From contig CAVSCM010000021.1 in NCBI GenBank assembly GCA_963726415.1, forward strand, positions 65,718-129,717: a stretch of 64,000 nt of DNA, read 5' to 3'. The position numbers were made by a program, and so were the translations under genes. The notes below the pieces were generated by a model. The model searched no databases. It was not told the DNA's origin and saw only the letters and a list, made by a program, of their open reading frames with translations. The stretch is from an uncultured Actinomycetes bacterium (lineage in GTDB: Bacteria; Actinomycetota; Actinomycetes; Streptosporangiales; Streptosporangiaceae). Positions 40,443-50,082 of this stretch are shown here, in pieces; the stretch's first letter is position 1, and each line of letters starts with the position of its first letter.

Positions 40443-40993
40443 CCGCCCACCTCGCCGTGCACGGCGTCCGGCCCGGCTGGCGCGGTGTGCCCCGTGGCCG
40501 CGTGCACCGCGCGGCGCGGCGGCCTGGGGATCCAGCGGGGGACCGTGCGCCGGTACTCCAGGTAGGCGCTGCCGAAGCGGCGCCGCAGCGTCGGCTCCTC
40601 GTAGCCGATGACGAACAGGTGGCAGCACAGCGCCATGGCGCCCGCGTAGGCCAGCAGCGGCAGGGACAGGAACAGCCATGCCTGCCCGAGCACGACCAGC
40701 AGCGCGGCGATGTAGATGGGGTTGCGCACCCACCGGTGGGGCCCGGTCGCGACCACCCGCCGCGGTGCGTCCCACGGCCCCGGGGTGCCGCCGCCCACCG
40801 CGGCGAAGTTCCAGGTACACCACGCGTACAGGGCGATCCCGGCCGCGATGACCACGGTCGCCTCCCACGCGACCGGGACCGGCGTCCGCCCGTCACGTGT
40901 CAAGATCCGCCACGGCACCCAGACACCCCCCAGCCCCGGTACCACCACGGTGAACAGCACATTGCGAATGACAAGGCTCAGCGTGCGGGCCAT
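40439..40993 (-). CDS. isoprenylcysteine carboxyl methyltransferase (ICMT/PEMT) family membrane methyltransferase
   Basis: NPIY..L motif region (RNPIYIAALL) and C-terminal EEP..RFG motif. Confidence 0.75.
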   Translation of the reverse strand: MARTLSLVIRNVLFTVVVPGLGGVWVPWRILTRDGRTPVPVAWEATVVIAAGIALYAWCTWNFAAVGGGTPGPWDAPRRVVATGPHRWVRNPIYIAALLVVLGQAWLFLSLPLLAYAGAMALCCHLFVIGYEEPTLRRRFGSAYLEYRRTVPRWIPRPPRRAVHAATGHTAPAGPDAVHGEVGG

Positions 40994-41082
40994 GGTCGCT
41001 CACGCTCCCTCCGTGTTGCCGGCCGGGCCGGCCGGTGCGCGGGCGGATCCTGGTCCGCCCGCCCCCCGGATGGCCCGGCTCT

Positions 41083-41168
41083 CTATATATAGCGTTCCTA
41101 CCTATAGCCACACTACCCTTCGGATTGTCTGGCCGGAAGCCCTTAATGTAGTGTTGCTACCTATGAGG
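41083..41168. promoter_or_regulatory. candidate PadR operator region: 10-bp palindrome CTATATATAG plus two direct repeats TTSCTACCTATRG
   Basis: AT-rich island immediately upstream of padR. Confidence 0.3.
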
Positions 41169-41501
41169 GCAGAGGAGCTGAAGGGCCACCTGGACGCGAT
41201 GCTGCTCGCGGCCCTGGAAGACGGCCCGCAGCACGGTTACGCGGTGATCGAGGCGCTGCGGCAGAGCACCGGCGGGCGGCTGGACCTGCCGACCGGGACG
41301 ATCTACCCGGCGCTGCGCCGGCTGGAGCAGGCCGGGCTGATCACCGGTTCCTGGTCGGTGGTGGGCGGCCGCCGGCGGCGCGAGTACCGGCTGACCCCGG
41401 CGGGCGACCGGGCACTGTCGGGCAGGCGGGCGGACTGGCAGGACTTCTCGGCCATGGTGACGGCCGCGCTGGAGGGCAGGCCATGCCCGAGCCCCGCCTG
41501 A
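41164..41501 (+). CDS. PadR-family transcriptional regulator
   Basis: GHLDAMLLAALEDGPQHGYAVIEAL..GTIYPALRRLEQAGLI winged-helix signature. Confidence 0.8.
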
Positions 41502-42052
41502 TCAGCAGCTACCTGGCCACCCTGGCGGCGCAGTTGCCCGCCTCGATAGTCGAGGAACTGGCCGACGGCCTGACCGAGACGCACCGGTCCTACCTCCGCC
41601 AGGGCCTGGCCCCCGACCTCGCGGCGCGGTCCGCGCTGGCGGAGTTCGGCGAGCCGCAGGTGATCGTGGCGGGCTTCGCCCGGGTGAACCCGGCCCGGCG
41701 CGCCGCCCGCAGGCTGCTCGGCATCGGGCCGGCCGTCGGCGCCTGCTGGATCGCGGTGCTGCTCACCAGCCGGTCCTGGGCCGTGCCGCTGCCGGCCCGC
41801 ATGCTCGCCGGTGCGACGCTCGCCGCCGTGATCGCGCTGCTTGCCACGTCCGCGGTCGGCAGGCGCTACCGCCTGGCGGCCCGCACGGGCGCCGCGGGAT
41901 TCCTCGGCATCATCGCGCTCGACGCCTCGCTGATCGCCAGCGTGGCACTCGCCGGGGTGCCGCTGACCTGGGTACTGGCAATCGCCATGGCGGCCAGCGC
42001 GGCGCGGATCTGCTACGCCGCGCGGGCCCTGCGCCCCGCCCTGGCCGGCTGA
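41483..42052 (+). CDS. membrane protein (PadR-associated, DUF1700-like)
   Basis: Overlaps the padR stop; N-terminal soluble helix followed by TM helices. Confidence 0.6.
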   Translation: MPEPRLISSYLATLAAQLPASIVEELADGLTETHRSYLRQGLAPDLAARSALAEFGEPQVIVAGFARVNPARRAARRLLGIGPAVGACWIAVLLTSRSWAVPLPARMLAGATLAAVIALLATSAVGRRYRLAARTGAAGFLGIIALDASLIASVALAGVPLTWVLAIAMAASAARICYAARALRPALAG

Positions 42053-42064
42053 AGGCGCGCGTCG

Positions 42065-42373
42065 GTGGACATGGCTGAGGTGGCTCTCCTGGCCGAAGCG
42101 CTGGCCGGGGTGCGCTCCACCACGCGGCATGGGCTGGCCGAGTGGCGGTACCACGGCAGGCTGGTCGCGCGCCAGCTTGACGACGTGCACCTGGTGATCC
42201 GCTCCGAATTCGATTACCGCGATTCGCTGCTCGCGCAGTTTCCGGGCACGTTCAGCGTTCCAGGCAGGTACCGCAAGCACATGATGGTCGTTGCCGACCT
42301 CGCCCGCGGCGATGCCGGCGCCATCGCGGACGCCTTCGAAGCGGCGTGGCAGCTGCAGCGGAGCGCCGACTGA
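42065..42373 (+). CDS. MmcQ/YjbR-family DNA-binding protein
   Basis: Small 102-aa protein with the family-typical hydrophobic pattern. Confidence 0.5.
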   Translation: MDMAEVALLAEALAGVRSTTRHGLAEWRYHGRLVARQLDDVHLVIRSEFDYRDSLLAQFPGTFSVPGRYRKHMMVVADLARGDAGAIADAFEAAWQLQRSAD

Positions 42374-42387
42374 GGAGAGTGATCGCG

Positions 42388-42750
42388 TGAAGTACCTGCT
42401 GATGATCTATGGCAACCAGGAGAAGTGGGGGTCGATGCCCGCCGGCGCCTGGACCGACGGCGATCGCCAGGCAGGAGGCGTTCAACGCGAAGTACCGTCA
42501 GACCGGCGAACTGCTCGGTTCGTACGGGCTGGCCGATGCGGCGCAGGCGAAGCTGGTGCGCCGCGTGAACGGCCTGCCCGCCGTCACCGACGGGCCCTAC
42601 CTGGAGACCAAGGAGTACATGGCGAGCTTCTGGCTGCTGGACTGCGACAGCCAGGAGCGCGCGGAGCAGATCGCGGCGGACATGCCGTTCGCGGACGGCG
42701 AGCCCGTGGAGCTGTGGCCGGTCTTGCATGAGTCCGCCGCCGATCGATGA
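42388..42750 (+). pseudogene. YciI-like (DGPF) protein with one 1-nt insertion frameshift near 42465
   Basis: VKYLLMIYGNQEKWGSMP.. in one frame, AIARQEAFNAKYRQTGELLG.. in the next. Confidence 0.55.
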
Positions 42751-44027
42751 CCGGCGCGCCGGGCGCGCAGTCCGCGCCGGGTGCGCGGGACATCGGGAAA
42801 CTGCTGCGCGGGCTTGCGCCCGAGGTGCTTGGCGCGCTGGTGCGCCGCTACGGCCGGTTCGGCGCCTGCGAGGACGCGGTGCAGGAGGCGATGCTGGAGG
42901 CGCTGACGTCCTGGCCGGTCCGTGGGGTGCCAGGGAGCCCGAAGGGCTGGCTGCTCACCGTCGCCTCGCGCCGCCTGATCGACGACGTCCGCAGCGAGCA
43001 TGCGCGGCGGCGGCGGGAGCAGGAGGACGCGGCCGCCGCCGCGCCGCTGGAGCAGCCGCGGCAGCCTGGCGCGGACCACGACGACAGCCTGACCCTGCTG
43101 TTCCTGTGCTGTCACCCGGCGCTGTCGGGGCCCAGCCAGATCGCACTTACGCTGCGCGCGGTCGGCGGCCTGAGCACGGCCCAGATCGCCGCCGCGTTTC
43201 TGGTGCCCGAGGCCACCATGGCCCAGCGGATCAGCCGCGCCAAGGAGGCCATCAGGGCCAGCGGCGCCCGGTTCGAGATGCCGGGCCCGGCCGAGCGCCC
43301 GGCGCGGCTCGGCATCGTGCTGCACGTCCTCTACCTGATCTTCAACGAGGGATACACGGCCACCGCGGGCGCCGGCCTGACCGCGCCGGAGCTGTCCGGC
43401 GAGGCGATCAGGCTCACCCGCTGGCTGCACAGGCTGCTGCCCGCCGACCCCGAGGTCACCGGCCTGCTCGCGCTCATGCTGCTGACCGACGCCCGCCGGG
43501 CCGCCCGGACCGGCCCGGACGGGAGCCTGATCCCCCTCGACGAGCAGGACCGGAGCCTGTGGGACTCGGCCAAGATCGACGAGGGCGTGGCGCTGGTCAG
43601 CGCCGTGCTCCCGGCCGGCCAGGTCGGCCCGTACCAGGTGCAGGCCGCGATCGCCGCGGTGCATGACGAGGCGAAGTCCGTCGACACCACCGACTGGCCG
43701 CAGATACTCGGGCTCTACGAGCTGCTCGAGCGGCTCGCACCGGGCCCGATGGTCAGCCTCAACCGGGCGGTCGCGGTCGCGATGGTGGCCGGCCCGGCGG
43801 CCGGGCTTGACCTGCTCCGCGAGCTGGAATCCGATCGCCGGCTGGCGGGCCACCACCGGCTGCACGCGACCCGGGCGCATCTGCTCGACATGTCCGGCGA
43901 CGCCCGGGGCGCGGTGGCGAGCTACCGGGAGGCCGCTCGCCGCACGACCAGCCTTCCCGAGCGCCGGTACCTGACCGGCCGCGCGGCCAGGCTGGCCGGT
44001 CAGGAAAAAAGTTCCCCCGCGATGTAG
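42747..44027 (+). CDS. ECF (sigma-70 family) RNA polymerase sigma factor with a long C-terminal extension
   Basis: Region-2 (CEDAVQEAMLEAL) and region-4 (LSTAQIAAAFLVPEATMAQRISRAK) motifs; ATGA overlap with the YciI-like gene. Confidence 0.8.
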   Translation: MTGAPGAQSAPGARDIGKLLRGLAPEVLGALVRRYGRFGACEDAVQEAMLEALTSWPVRGVPGSPKGWLLTVASRRLIDDVRSEHARRRREQEDAAAAAPLEQPRQPGADHDDSLTLLFLCCHPALSGPSQIALTLRAVGGLSTAQIAAAFLVPEATMAQRISRAKEAIRASGARFEMPGPAERPARLGIVLHVLYLIFNEGYTATAGAGLTAPELSGEAIRLTRWLHRLLPADPEVTGLLALMLLTDARRAARTGPDGSLIPLDEQDRSLWDSAKIDEGVALVSAVLPAGQVGPYQVQAAIAAVHDEAKSVDTTDWPQILGLYELLERLAPGPMVSLNRAVAVAMVAGPAAGLDLLRELESDRRLAGHHRLHATRAHLLDMSGDARGAVASYREAARRTTSLPERRYLTGRAARLAGQEKSSPAM

Positions 44028-44097
44028 AAACGTGCGGGTCCGCTCCGACCCAGGGCCGAGCGGGCGCGCCATGCGTCCCGGCCGGAAGGAACCGGAG

Positions 44098-44697
44098 ATG
44101 ACCAAGGTAATCCTGAACATGTCGATGTCACTGGACGGCATAGCGGCTCCCGAGTCTGCCGACGCAGACGGCATGACGCTCTGGGAAGCCATCGCGGGCT
44201 GGGTGTTCGGCCTGCGGAGCTGGCGCGAGCAGCAGGGCCAGGAGGGCGGCGCGGACTCGGTGGACTCCCAGGTGTGGGCGGACAACTTCGAGCGGGTGGG
44301 CCCGCAGATCGTCGGCCGCACGATGTTCGACTACGGCTATCCGCACTGGGGTGAGAACCCGCCGTTCCACGCCCCGGTATTCGTCGTGACCCACCGCGGC
44401 CAGGAGCGGATCGACAAGAGCGGCGGCACCAGCTACACGTTCGTGACCGACGGCATCGAGGCCGCCGTGAAGCAGGCCCGGGCGGTGGCGGGCGGCAAGG
44501 ACGTGCTGCTGGCGGGCGGCGTCAGCATCGCACAGCAGGCGCTGGCCGCCGGGCTGGTCGACGAGGCCGTGCTGCACGTCGTGCCGGTGCTGCTCGGCCG
44601 CGGCATGCGGCTGTTCGGCACGGCTCGGGCCGACCTGCGCTGCATCGAGGCAATCCACGGCGAAGGCGCGGTCCACCTGCGGTACGAGACCAGGTGA
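44098..44697 (+). CDS. dihydrofolate reductase-like (RibD C-terminal domain) family protein
   Basis: MSMSLDG..A, VGRTMF and LLAGG family motifs; GGAAGGA RBS. Confidence 0.75.
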   Translation: MTKVILNMSMSLDGIAAPESADADGMTLWEAIAGWVFGLRSWREQQGQEGGADSVDSQVWADNFERVGPQIVGRTMFDYGYPHWGENPPFHAPVFVVTHRGQERIDKSGGTSYTFVTDGIEAAVKQARAVAGGKDVLLAGGVSIAQQALAAGLVDEAVLHVVPVLLGRGMRLFGTARADLRCIEAIHGEGAVHLRYETR

Positions 44698-44798
44698 CCG
44701 GGCCTGCCCGCCCGCCACGGGGAGCGTACCGCCGCGATATTTGACCTGGCTCCTGGCGGTCACCCGAGCCGGTGACCGCCAGGAGCCGTCCGCGCGGC

Positions 44799-45125
44799 TC
44801 AGACCGCGTGCAGCAGTTCGCCGCCGTAGACCAGCGGGTCTTCCGGCTGCAGTATGTCGGCGAGCCGGTTGAACTCCTGGAACCCCGGATCGGCGTCATG
44901 CTCGCTGTGCGCGGCATGATCGGGGACCTCAACCGCGATGGCGTATTTGACCACGTCCTTGCGGTTGTCGGTGCCGAACGCGACCCGGGAGATCCGGGCG
45001 GACAGGAAGGCACCCCGCGCCTTGTACTCTCGCCAGCGCGGCAGTTCGTGCTCGGCGAACAGGCGCTCGTACTCGGCGGCCTGCTCGGTGCGGATGTGGA
45101 TGATGATGACGTCAAGCTCGCTCAT
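44799..45125 (-). CDS. small alpha-beta-barrel (Dabb/ABM-like) stress-related protein
   Basis: 108-aa frame with high GC3. Confidence 0.45.
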   Translation of the reverse strand: MSELDVIIIHIRTEQAAEYERLFAEHELPRWREYKARGAFLSARISRVAFGTDNRKDVVKYAIAVEVPDHAAHSEHDADPGFQEFNRLADILQPEDPLVYGGELLHAV

Positions 45126-45179
45126 AACGCCATCATGAACCGTGGGGTTCCGCGCGGCGGCGGTGCGCGGGTGCGGCGT

Positions 45180-46208
45180 TCAGGCGGCCTCGGTGCCAGG
45201 CGTGCCCGGCTCGCCGGGGCTGCCCGGGGCGTCGGCGGGCGCCGACGCCTGCCGCTGGATGGTCTGCAGGCTGTCGTGCAGCGCCTGCCAGACGGTGCTC
45301 AGGCTGGCGCTTGCGGGCAGGTCGCCGCGGATCGTGCCGGGCGGGCTGGCCTGGTCACCGAGCGCCTTGACCGCGGCCTGGCCGGCCTCGATGATCGCCG
45401 GGTCGGCTGCCTCGATCGTGAGCCGCTCGCCGGACACCTGGATCAGCATCTGGCGGCGGCCGGCCTCCTCGGGCAGTTCGTCGCTGGTGCCGGTGACGTC
45501 CGCGCTGCGGAGCGCCTCCTTGGCCTGGTCCAGGTCGACGCCGAGGGCCGCCAGCGCACGGGCCGCGGCGGTGTCCGGGTCGGTGAGCGCGGCCAGCAGC
45601 AGGTGATGCGAGCCCACCGGGTGCGCGCCGGCCAGGCGGGCGGCCTCGCTGAGGGTCGTGTCCGCGGCGGGGGTGGCGTTCAGCTCCGCCTGCCCGGCGG
45701 ACGTGCCCGGCTCGGCAAGGCCGGCGCCGCCGCGGCGGCGCAGCCAGCGCCTGCCCCGCCCGCCCGTGTCGGCGCTGAACGCGGGCGCCAGGCCGACCAC
45801 CGCCGTGCGGATCGCCTGGGGGTCGGCGTGCTGCTGCAGGATCTGCGCGGCGACGCCCTCGCCCTCCCGCACCAGGCCGAGCAGGATGTGCTCGGTGCCG
45901 ATGTAGTTGTGATGCAGTTGCAGGGCCTCGCGCAGCGATAGCTCAAGGGTCTTCTTCGCCCGGGGGGTGAACGGTATGTGCCCGCTCGGGGCGGTGGTGC
46001 CGGCGCTGACGATGGCCGTGACCTCGCCGCGGGTGGACTCCAGGGACATGCCGAAGCCCGTCAGGACGCGGCCGGCGACCCCGTCGGGCTCGCCGAGCAG
46101 CCCGAGCAGGATGTGCTCGGTGCCGATGTAGTTGTGGCGCAGCCGCCGGGCCTCTTCCTGGGCAAGGACCACGACGTGGCGCGCGCGGTTGGTGAATCGC
46201 TCAAACAT
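45180..46208 (-). CDS. Clp N-terminal (Clp_N) repeat domain protein
   Basis: Two Clp_N repeats (FERFTNRARHVV..NYIGTEHILLGLL; LQLHHNYIGTEHILLGLV). Confidence 0.8.
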   Translation of the reverse strand: MFERFTNRARHVVVLAQEEARRLRHNYIGTEHILLGLLGEPDGVAGRVLTGFGMSLESTRGEVTAIVSAGTTAPSGHIPFTPRAKKTLELSLREALQLHHNYIGTEHILLGLVREGEGVAAQILQQHADPQAIRTAVVGLAPAFSADTGGRGRRWLRRRGGAGLAEPGTSAGQAELNATPAADTTLSEAARLAGAHPVGSHHLLLAALTDPDTAAARALAALGVDLDQAKEALRSADVTGTSDELPEEAGRRQMLIQVSGERLTIEAADPAIIEAGQAAVKALGDQASPPGTIRGDLPASASLSTVWQALHDSLQTIQRQASAPADAPGSPGEPGTPGTEAA

Positions 46209-46297
46209 GAGATCTAGCGTCCGGCACTCTCACTAAGCATGTCAATACCATGCTATTAATAGGGTCATCACGACGACCGTGCGGAGGTTGGCCCGCC

Positions 46298-46672
46298 ATG
46301 GACTGGGAAGACCGGCTCGACGACTGGGAACTCGAACTCGAGCTGAACGCATCGCTGGAGGGCTCGGACTGGGTCACGCTCGAGCGCGCCGCGGCCGATA
46401 CCGGGGTTTCCCGCGCCGCCCTGCGCAACTGGTACCGCACCGGGCAGATCCCGTCCCGGCTGGCCGACGGCCCGCACGGGCCGCAGCGGCTGGTGCCTCT
46501 CGCCATGGTCGCCGCGCGCGCCGAGGCCTCGCCGCGGCTGCGCCGCACCGCGGAACGCCACCTGGCCGACCAGGCACAGCTCGAGATCCTCCGGCACCGG
46601 GTCGACCAGCTCGAACTCCGGCTAGCCGCCTTCGAGCGCCGGTCACCGGGGGTGCCGGAGACCGCCGGGTGA
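46298..46672 (+). CDS. helix-turn-helix DNA-binding protein (MerR/excisionase-like)
   Basis: VTLERAAADTGVSRAALRNWYRTGQIP HTH; stop overlaps the next gene start. Confidence 0.5.
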   Translation: MDWEDRLDDWELELELNASLEGSDWVTLERAAADTGVSRAALRNWYRTGQIPSRLADGPHGPQRLVPLAMVAARAEASPRLRRTAERHLADQAQLEILRHRVDQLELRLAAFERRSPGVPETAG

Positions 46673-47847
46673 CGACCGGCGAGCCGGCCCGCGCGACCGC
46701 GCTGACCTGGAGCGGCGTCACGGCCAGGCGGATGGCAAGGCACGCGCTGGCGGCACCGGCCACGGACCTGGGACCGGCCGGCGTCGCCGGGGTGCTGTGT
46801 GGGGCGCACGCGCAGGTGCTCAGCGCGGCGGAACTGTCGATCGCGCGGCGCATCGCCGGGGCGACCCGTGCCGACGTGCAGCGCGCGCTCTGGGTGGAGC
46901 GCACCCTGGTCAAGACGTTCGGCCCGCGCGGCACCATCCACCTGCTCCCCGCCGCCGACCTCCCGATGTGGACGGGCGCGCTGTCGGCCCTGCCGTCGTC
47001 GGTGCCTGCGCACCCGGAGGGAGTCCGGTTCACTCCCGAGCAGGCGGGCGAGGTCATCGCGGCGATCGGTGACGTGCTGGCGGACACCGAACTGACCGTC
47101 GACGAGCTGACCGAGGCGCTCGGGGACCGCGTCGGCGCGTGGGCCGTGGAGCCGACGATGGCGGCGTTCCAGGGCATGTGGCCGCGCTGGCGCCAGCTCA
47201 CCAGCACGGCCGCGCACCGCGGGATGCTGTGTTTCGGGCCGGACCGGGGCCGGAAGGTGACCTACACCCATCCGCGGCGCTGGCTGCCCGGGTTCCGCCC
47301 CGCCGGCGGCGACGCCGCGCTGCGCGCGCTCGTCACGCGCTACCTGTACGCCTACGGCCCGGCCACGCCGCAGCACTTCGCCAGGTGGCTCAACATCCCG
47401 CCGCGGTACGCCGCCGGGCTGTTCGGCGAGCTGGCGGGCGAACTGGAGCGCGTCGATACCGACGGCGTGCCGGGGTGGGCCGTGGCCGGCGACACCGTGG
47501 CGCCGTCCCGGCCGCACCGCGGCATCCGCCTGCTGCCCTACTTCGACCCCTACGTCGTCGCGGGCCAGCCCAGGGAACGGCTGTACCCGGGCGCGGCCGC
47601 CGCCCGCGCGCTCACCCCGGCGGGGCAGGCCGGGAACTACCCGGTGCTGCTGGTCGACGGCGTGGTCGGCGGGGTGTGGCACCAGCGGCGCTCTGGCCGC
47701 AGGCTCGCCATCACCGTGGAACCGCTGCGCGAGCTGACCGCGGGGCAACGCCGCCAGCTCGGCGACGAGGCGGATCTGGTGGGCGCGGTCATGGAGGCGA
47801 CGGCCACGCTGACGGTGGGCACGGTGACGGCCGGCGCGCACGCCTGA
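46669..47847 (+). CDS. winged-helix DNA glycosylase-like protein (YcaQ/AlkZ family)
   Basis: About 390 aa, family-typical length and conserved QxQ/WHTH pattern; GTG start. Confidence 0.6.
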   Translation: MTTGEPARATALTWSGVTARRMARHALAAPATDLGPAGVAGVLCGAHAQVLSAAELSIARRIAGATRADVQRALWVERTLVKTFGPRGTIHLLPAADLPMWTGALSALPSSVPAHPEGVRFTPEQAGEVIAAIGDVLADTELTVDELTEALGDRVGAWAVEPTMAAFQGMWPRWRQLTSTAAHRGMLCFGPDRGRKVTYTHPRRWLPGFRPAGGDAALRALVTRYLYAYGPATPQHFARWLNIPPRYAAGLFGELAGELERVDTDGVPGWAVAGDTVAPSRPHRGIRLLPYFDPYVVAGQPRERLYPGAAAARALTPAGQAGNYPVLLVDGVVGGVWHQRRSGRRLAITVEPLRELTAGQRRQLGDEADLVGAVMEATATLTVGTVTAGAHA

Positions 47848-48097
47848 CGGCCGGCCCGGAAGCCGGTCAGGCGCGGGTGAAGTCCATCACCCAGTTGGTC
47901 TCCCACGTCTGCCCGTTGTCGGCGGAGAATGCCTGCTCCAGCGGGGCGTCGGCGTGGTGACACCCGACCATCGGAACCAGACAAGCACCGGCCGCCCGCC
48001 GAAGGTGTCCGTGCCGCCGAAGGTCCCGGTATCGCCGGAGAGCGTCGGTGCCCTCGCCGGCCGCCTCGCCGCAGCCGCCCAGCGCCCGTTCGACGCC

Positions 48098-48956
48098 TTA
48101 TGCCGCGCGGCGGTACAGCTCGGTCAGCAGGGCGATGGCGGCGTGCGTGGACGGATGCGGGTCGTGGCGCCGCCAGATCACCTGCACGGCGATCGGCGGG
48201 GCGTCGCGCAGCGGCCGGAAGACGACGCCGTCGCGCCGGTACTGGGCCGTGGTGCCCTCCGGGGTGATGCCGATGCCGCCGCCGGCCGCGATGATCGCGA
48301 GCCAGTCGTCGATGTCGCGGGTGTCCTGGACGCGGGGCCGGGCTTCCGCTGGCCACAGGTCCGGGGTGGTGGTCCCGGTGCGCCGGTCGATGAGCAGGGT
48401 GCGCTGCGGTATCTCGTCCAGCCTGATGGAGCGCCGCCTGGCCCAGGGGTCGTCGGCCGCGAGGGCGCAGTAGCGCCGTTCATGACCCACGATCGGCGCT
48501 GGCGAAGCGCTTGCCGTCGGCGGCGGTGCGCAGCACCGCGATGTCGCACAGGCCCTCGGCCAGCCCGCCGGTGGGGGAGTTGGTGCGGATCAGGTGCAGT
48601 TCGACGCCGGGATAGCGGGCGGCCCAGCGGCGCTGGAACTCGCGGGTGTGCCGGCCCATGGCCGACCACGCGTGGCCGATGCGCAGCGTGGTGTGCCCGG
48701 TGGTCGCCTCGGCGACCAGGTTGTCGGCCGCGGCGAGCATCTGCCGGGCCTGGGCCAGGACGTGCACGCCGGCGGTGGTCGGGGTGACGCTGCGGCTGGT
48801 GCGGTGCAGCAACCGGACGCCGAGCACCTGCTCGAGCGCCATGAGGTTGCGTGACACGGCCGCCTGCGAGATGCCCAGTTCGATGGCGGCGTCGGTGAAG
48901 GTTCCCGCGTCCACGATCGCGACCAGGCAGCGCAGCTGCCGCAGCTCCAGATCCAT
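48098..48956 (-). pseudogene. LysR-family transcriptional regulator with a frameshift near 48480
   Basis: N-terminal HTH (LRQLRCLVAIVDAGTFTDAAIELGISQAAVSRNLMALE) in one frame, substrate-binding domain C-terminus in another. Confidence 0.6.
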
Positions 48957-49024
48957 AACCAAAGCGTATAGCTGCGTCGATTCATGCATTTTGCGTATGA
49001 GCCGTGCTGGCGCATGCTCCTGCC

Positions 49025-49987
49025 ATGACCCTCGTCGACACGCGCGCGGCCGCCGTCCGCCCCGCCCGGCGGGCGCCGCGACCGAGCGGCGGCCGGCCGG
49101 CTGCACCGGCGTCGCGCTGATGACCGGCAGCGCCGCGTCCAACCAGCTGGGCGCGGCGACCGCCGCGCTGGCCTTCCCGGTGCTCGGGCCCGTCGGGGTG
49201 GTGGCGGTACGCCAGTGGGTGGCCGGTGCCGTGCTGCTGGCCACCGCGCGGCCGCGGTTCACCTCGTTCACCCGCGGCCAGTGGCGGCCGGTGCTGGCGC
49301 TGGCGCTGATCTTCGGCACCATGAACCTGTCGCTGTACGCGGCGGTCGACCGGATCGGGCTCGGCCTGGCGGTGACCCTGGAGTTCCTCGGCCCGCTGTC
49401 GGTGGCCCTGCTGGCCTCACGCCGCGCCATCGACCTCGGCTGCGCGCTGCTCGCCGGGGCCGCGGTCGTCGTCCTGGCCAGGCCGCAGCCGACCACGGAC
49501 TACGCCGGGATCCTCGCTGGCCCTGCTGGCCGCCGCCTGCTGGGCCGGGTACATCCTGGTGAACCGGGTTGTGGGCGCCCGGCTGCCGGGCTCGCAGGGA
49601 GCCGCGGCGGCGGCCGGCCTGTCGGCCCTGCTGTACGTCCCGGTCGGCATCTGGGCGCTTGCCAGCCACCCGGTGACGGCGGCCGCGCTGGGCCGGGCGG
49701 CCACGGCCGGCCTGCTGTGCTCGGCCGTCCCCATGGTCGCCGACATGCTGGCGCTGCGGCGGGTCCCGGCCCGGTTCTTCGGCGTGTTCATGAGCGTCAA
49801 CCCCGTCTTCGCGGCGCTGACCGGCCTTGTCGTTCTCGGCCAGTCACCCGGGCCGGCCGACTGGCTCGCCATCGCCGCCATCGTGACCGCCAACACCGTC
49901 AGCGTCAGCGTGGCGGGCAGGCGCGCGGCCACGGGGCATGAACGTGACGTCCAGGCTCGTAGAGGGGCATCAGATTTACATTCATGA
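49025..49987 (+). pseudogene. EamA/DMT-family transporter with a 1-nt insertion near 49515 and a probable second shift near 49100
   Basis: Two EamA halves in different frames (..FGTMNLSLYAAV.. / ..MVADMLALRRVP..). Confidence 0.55.
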
Positions 49988-50082
49988 GGTCCCACCGCAA
50001 GGCGGAGGGCGGAGGGCGGAGGGCGTGGCCTGAATGACCCGTCAGGAGTGATCCCGCGGTCCCGGCCAGCGGTGAGGCTGGC

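Noticed and set aside
42597-44321. 574-aa minus-strand ORF antisense to the ECF sigma factor
   Set aside because: Same reasoning: the sigma-70 regions 2 and 4 are clear on the plus strand.
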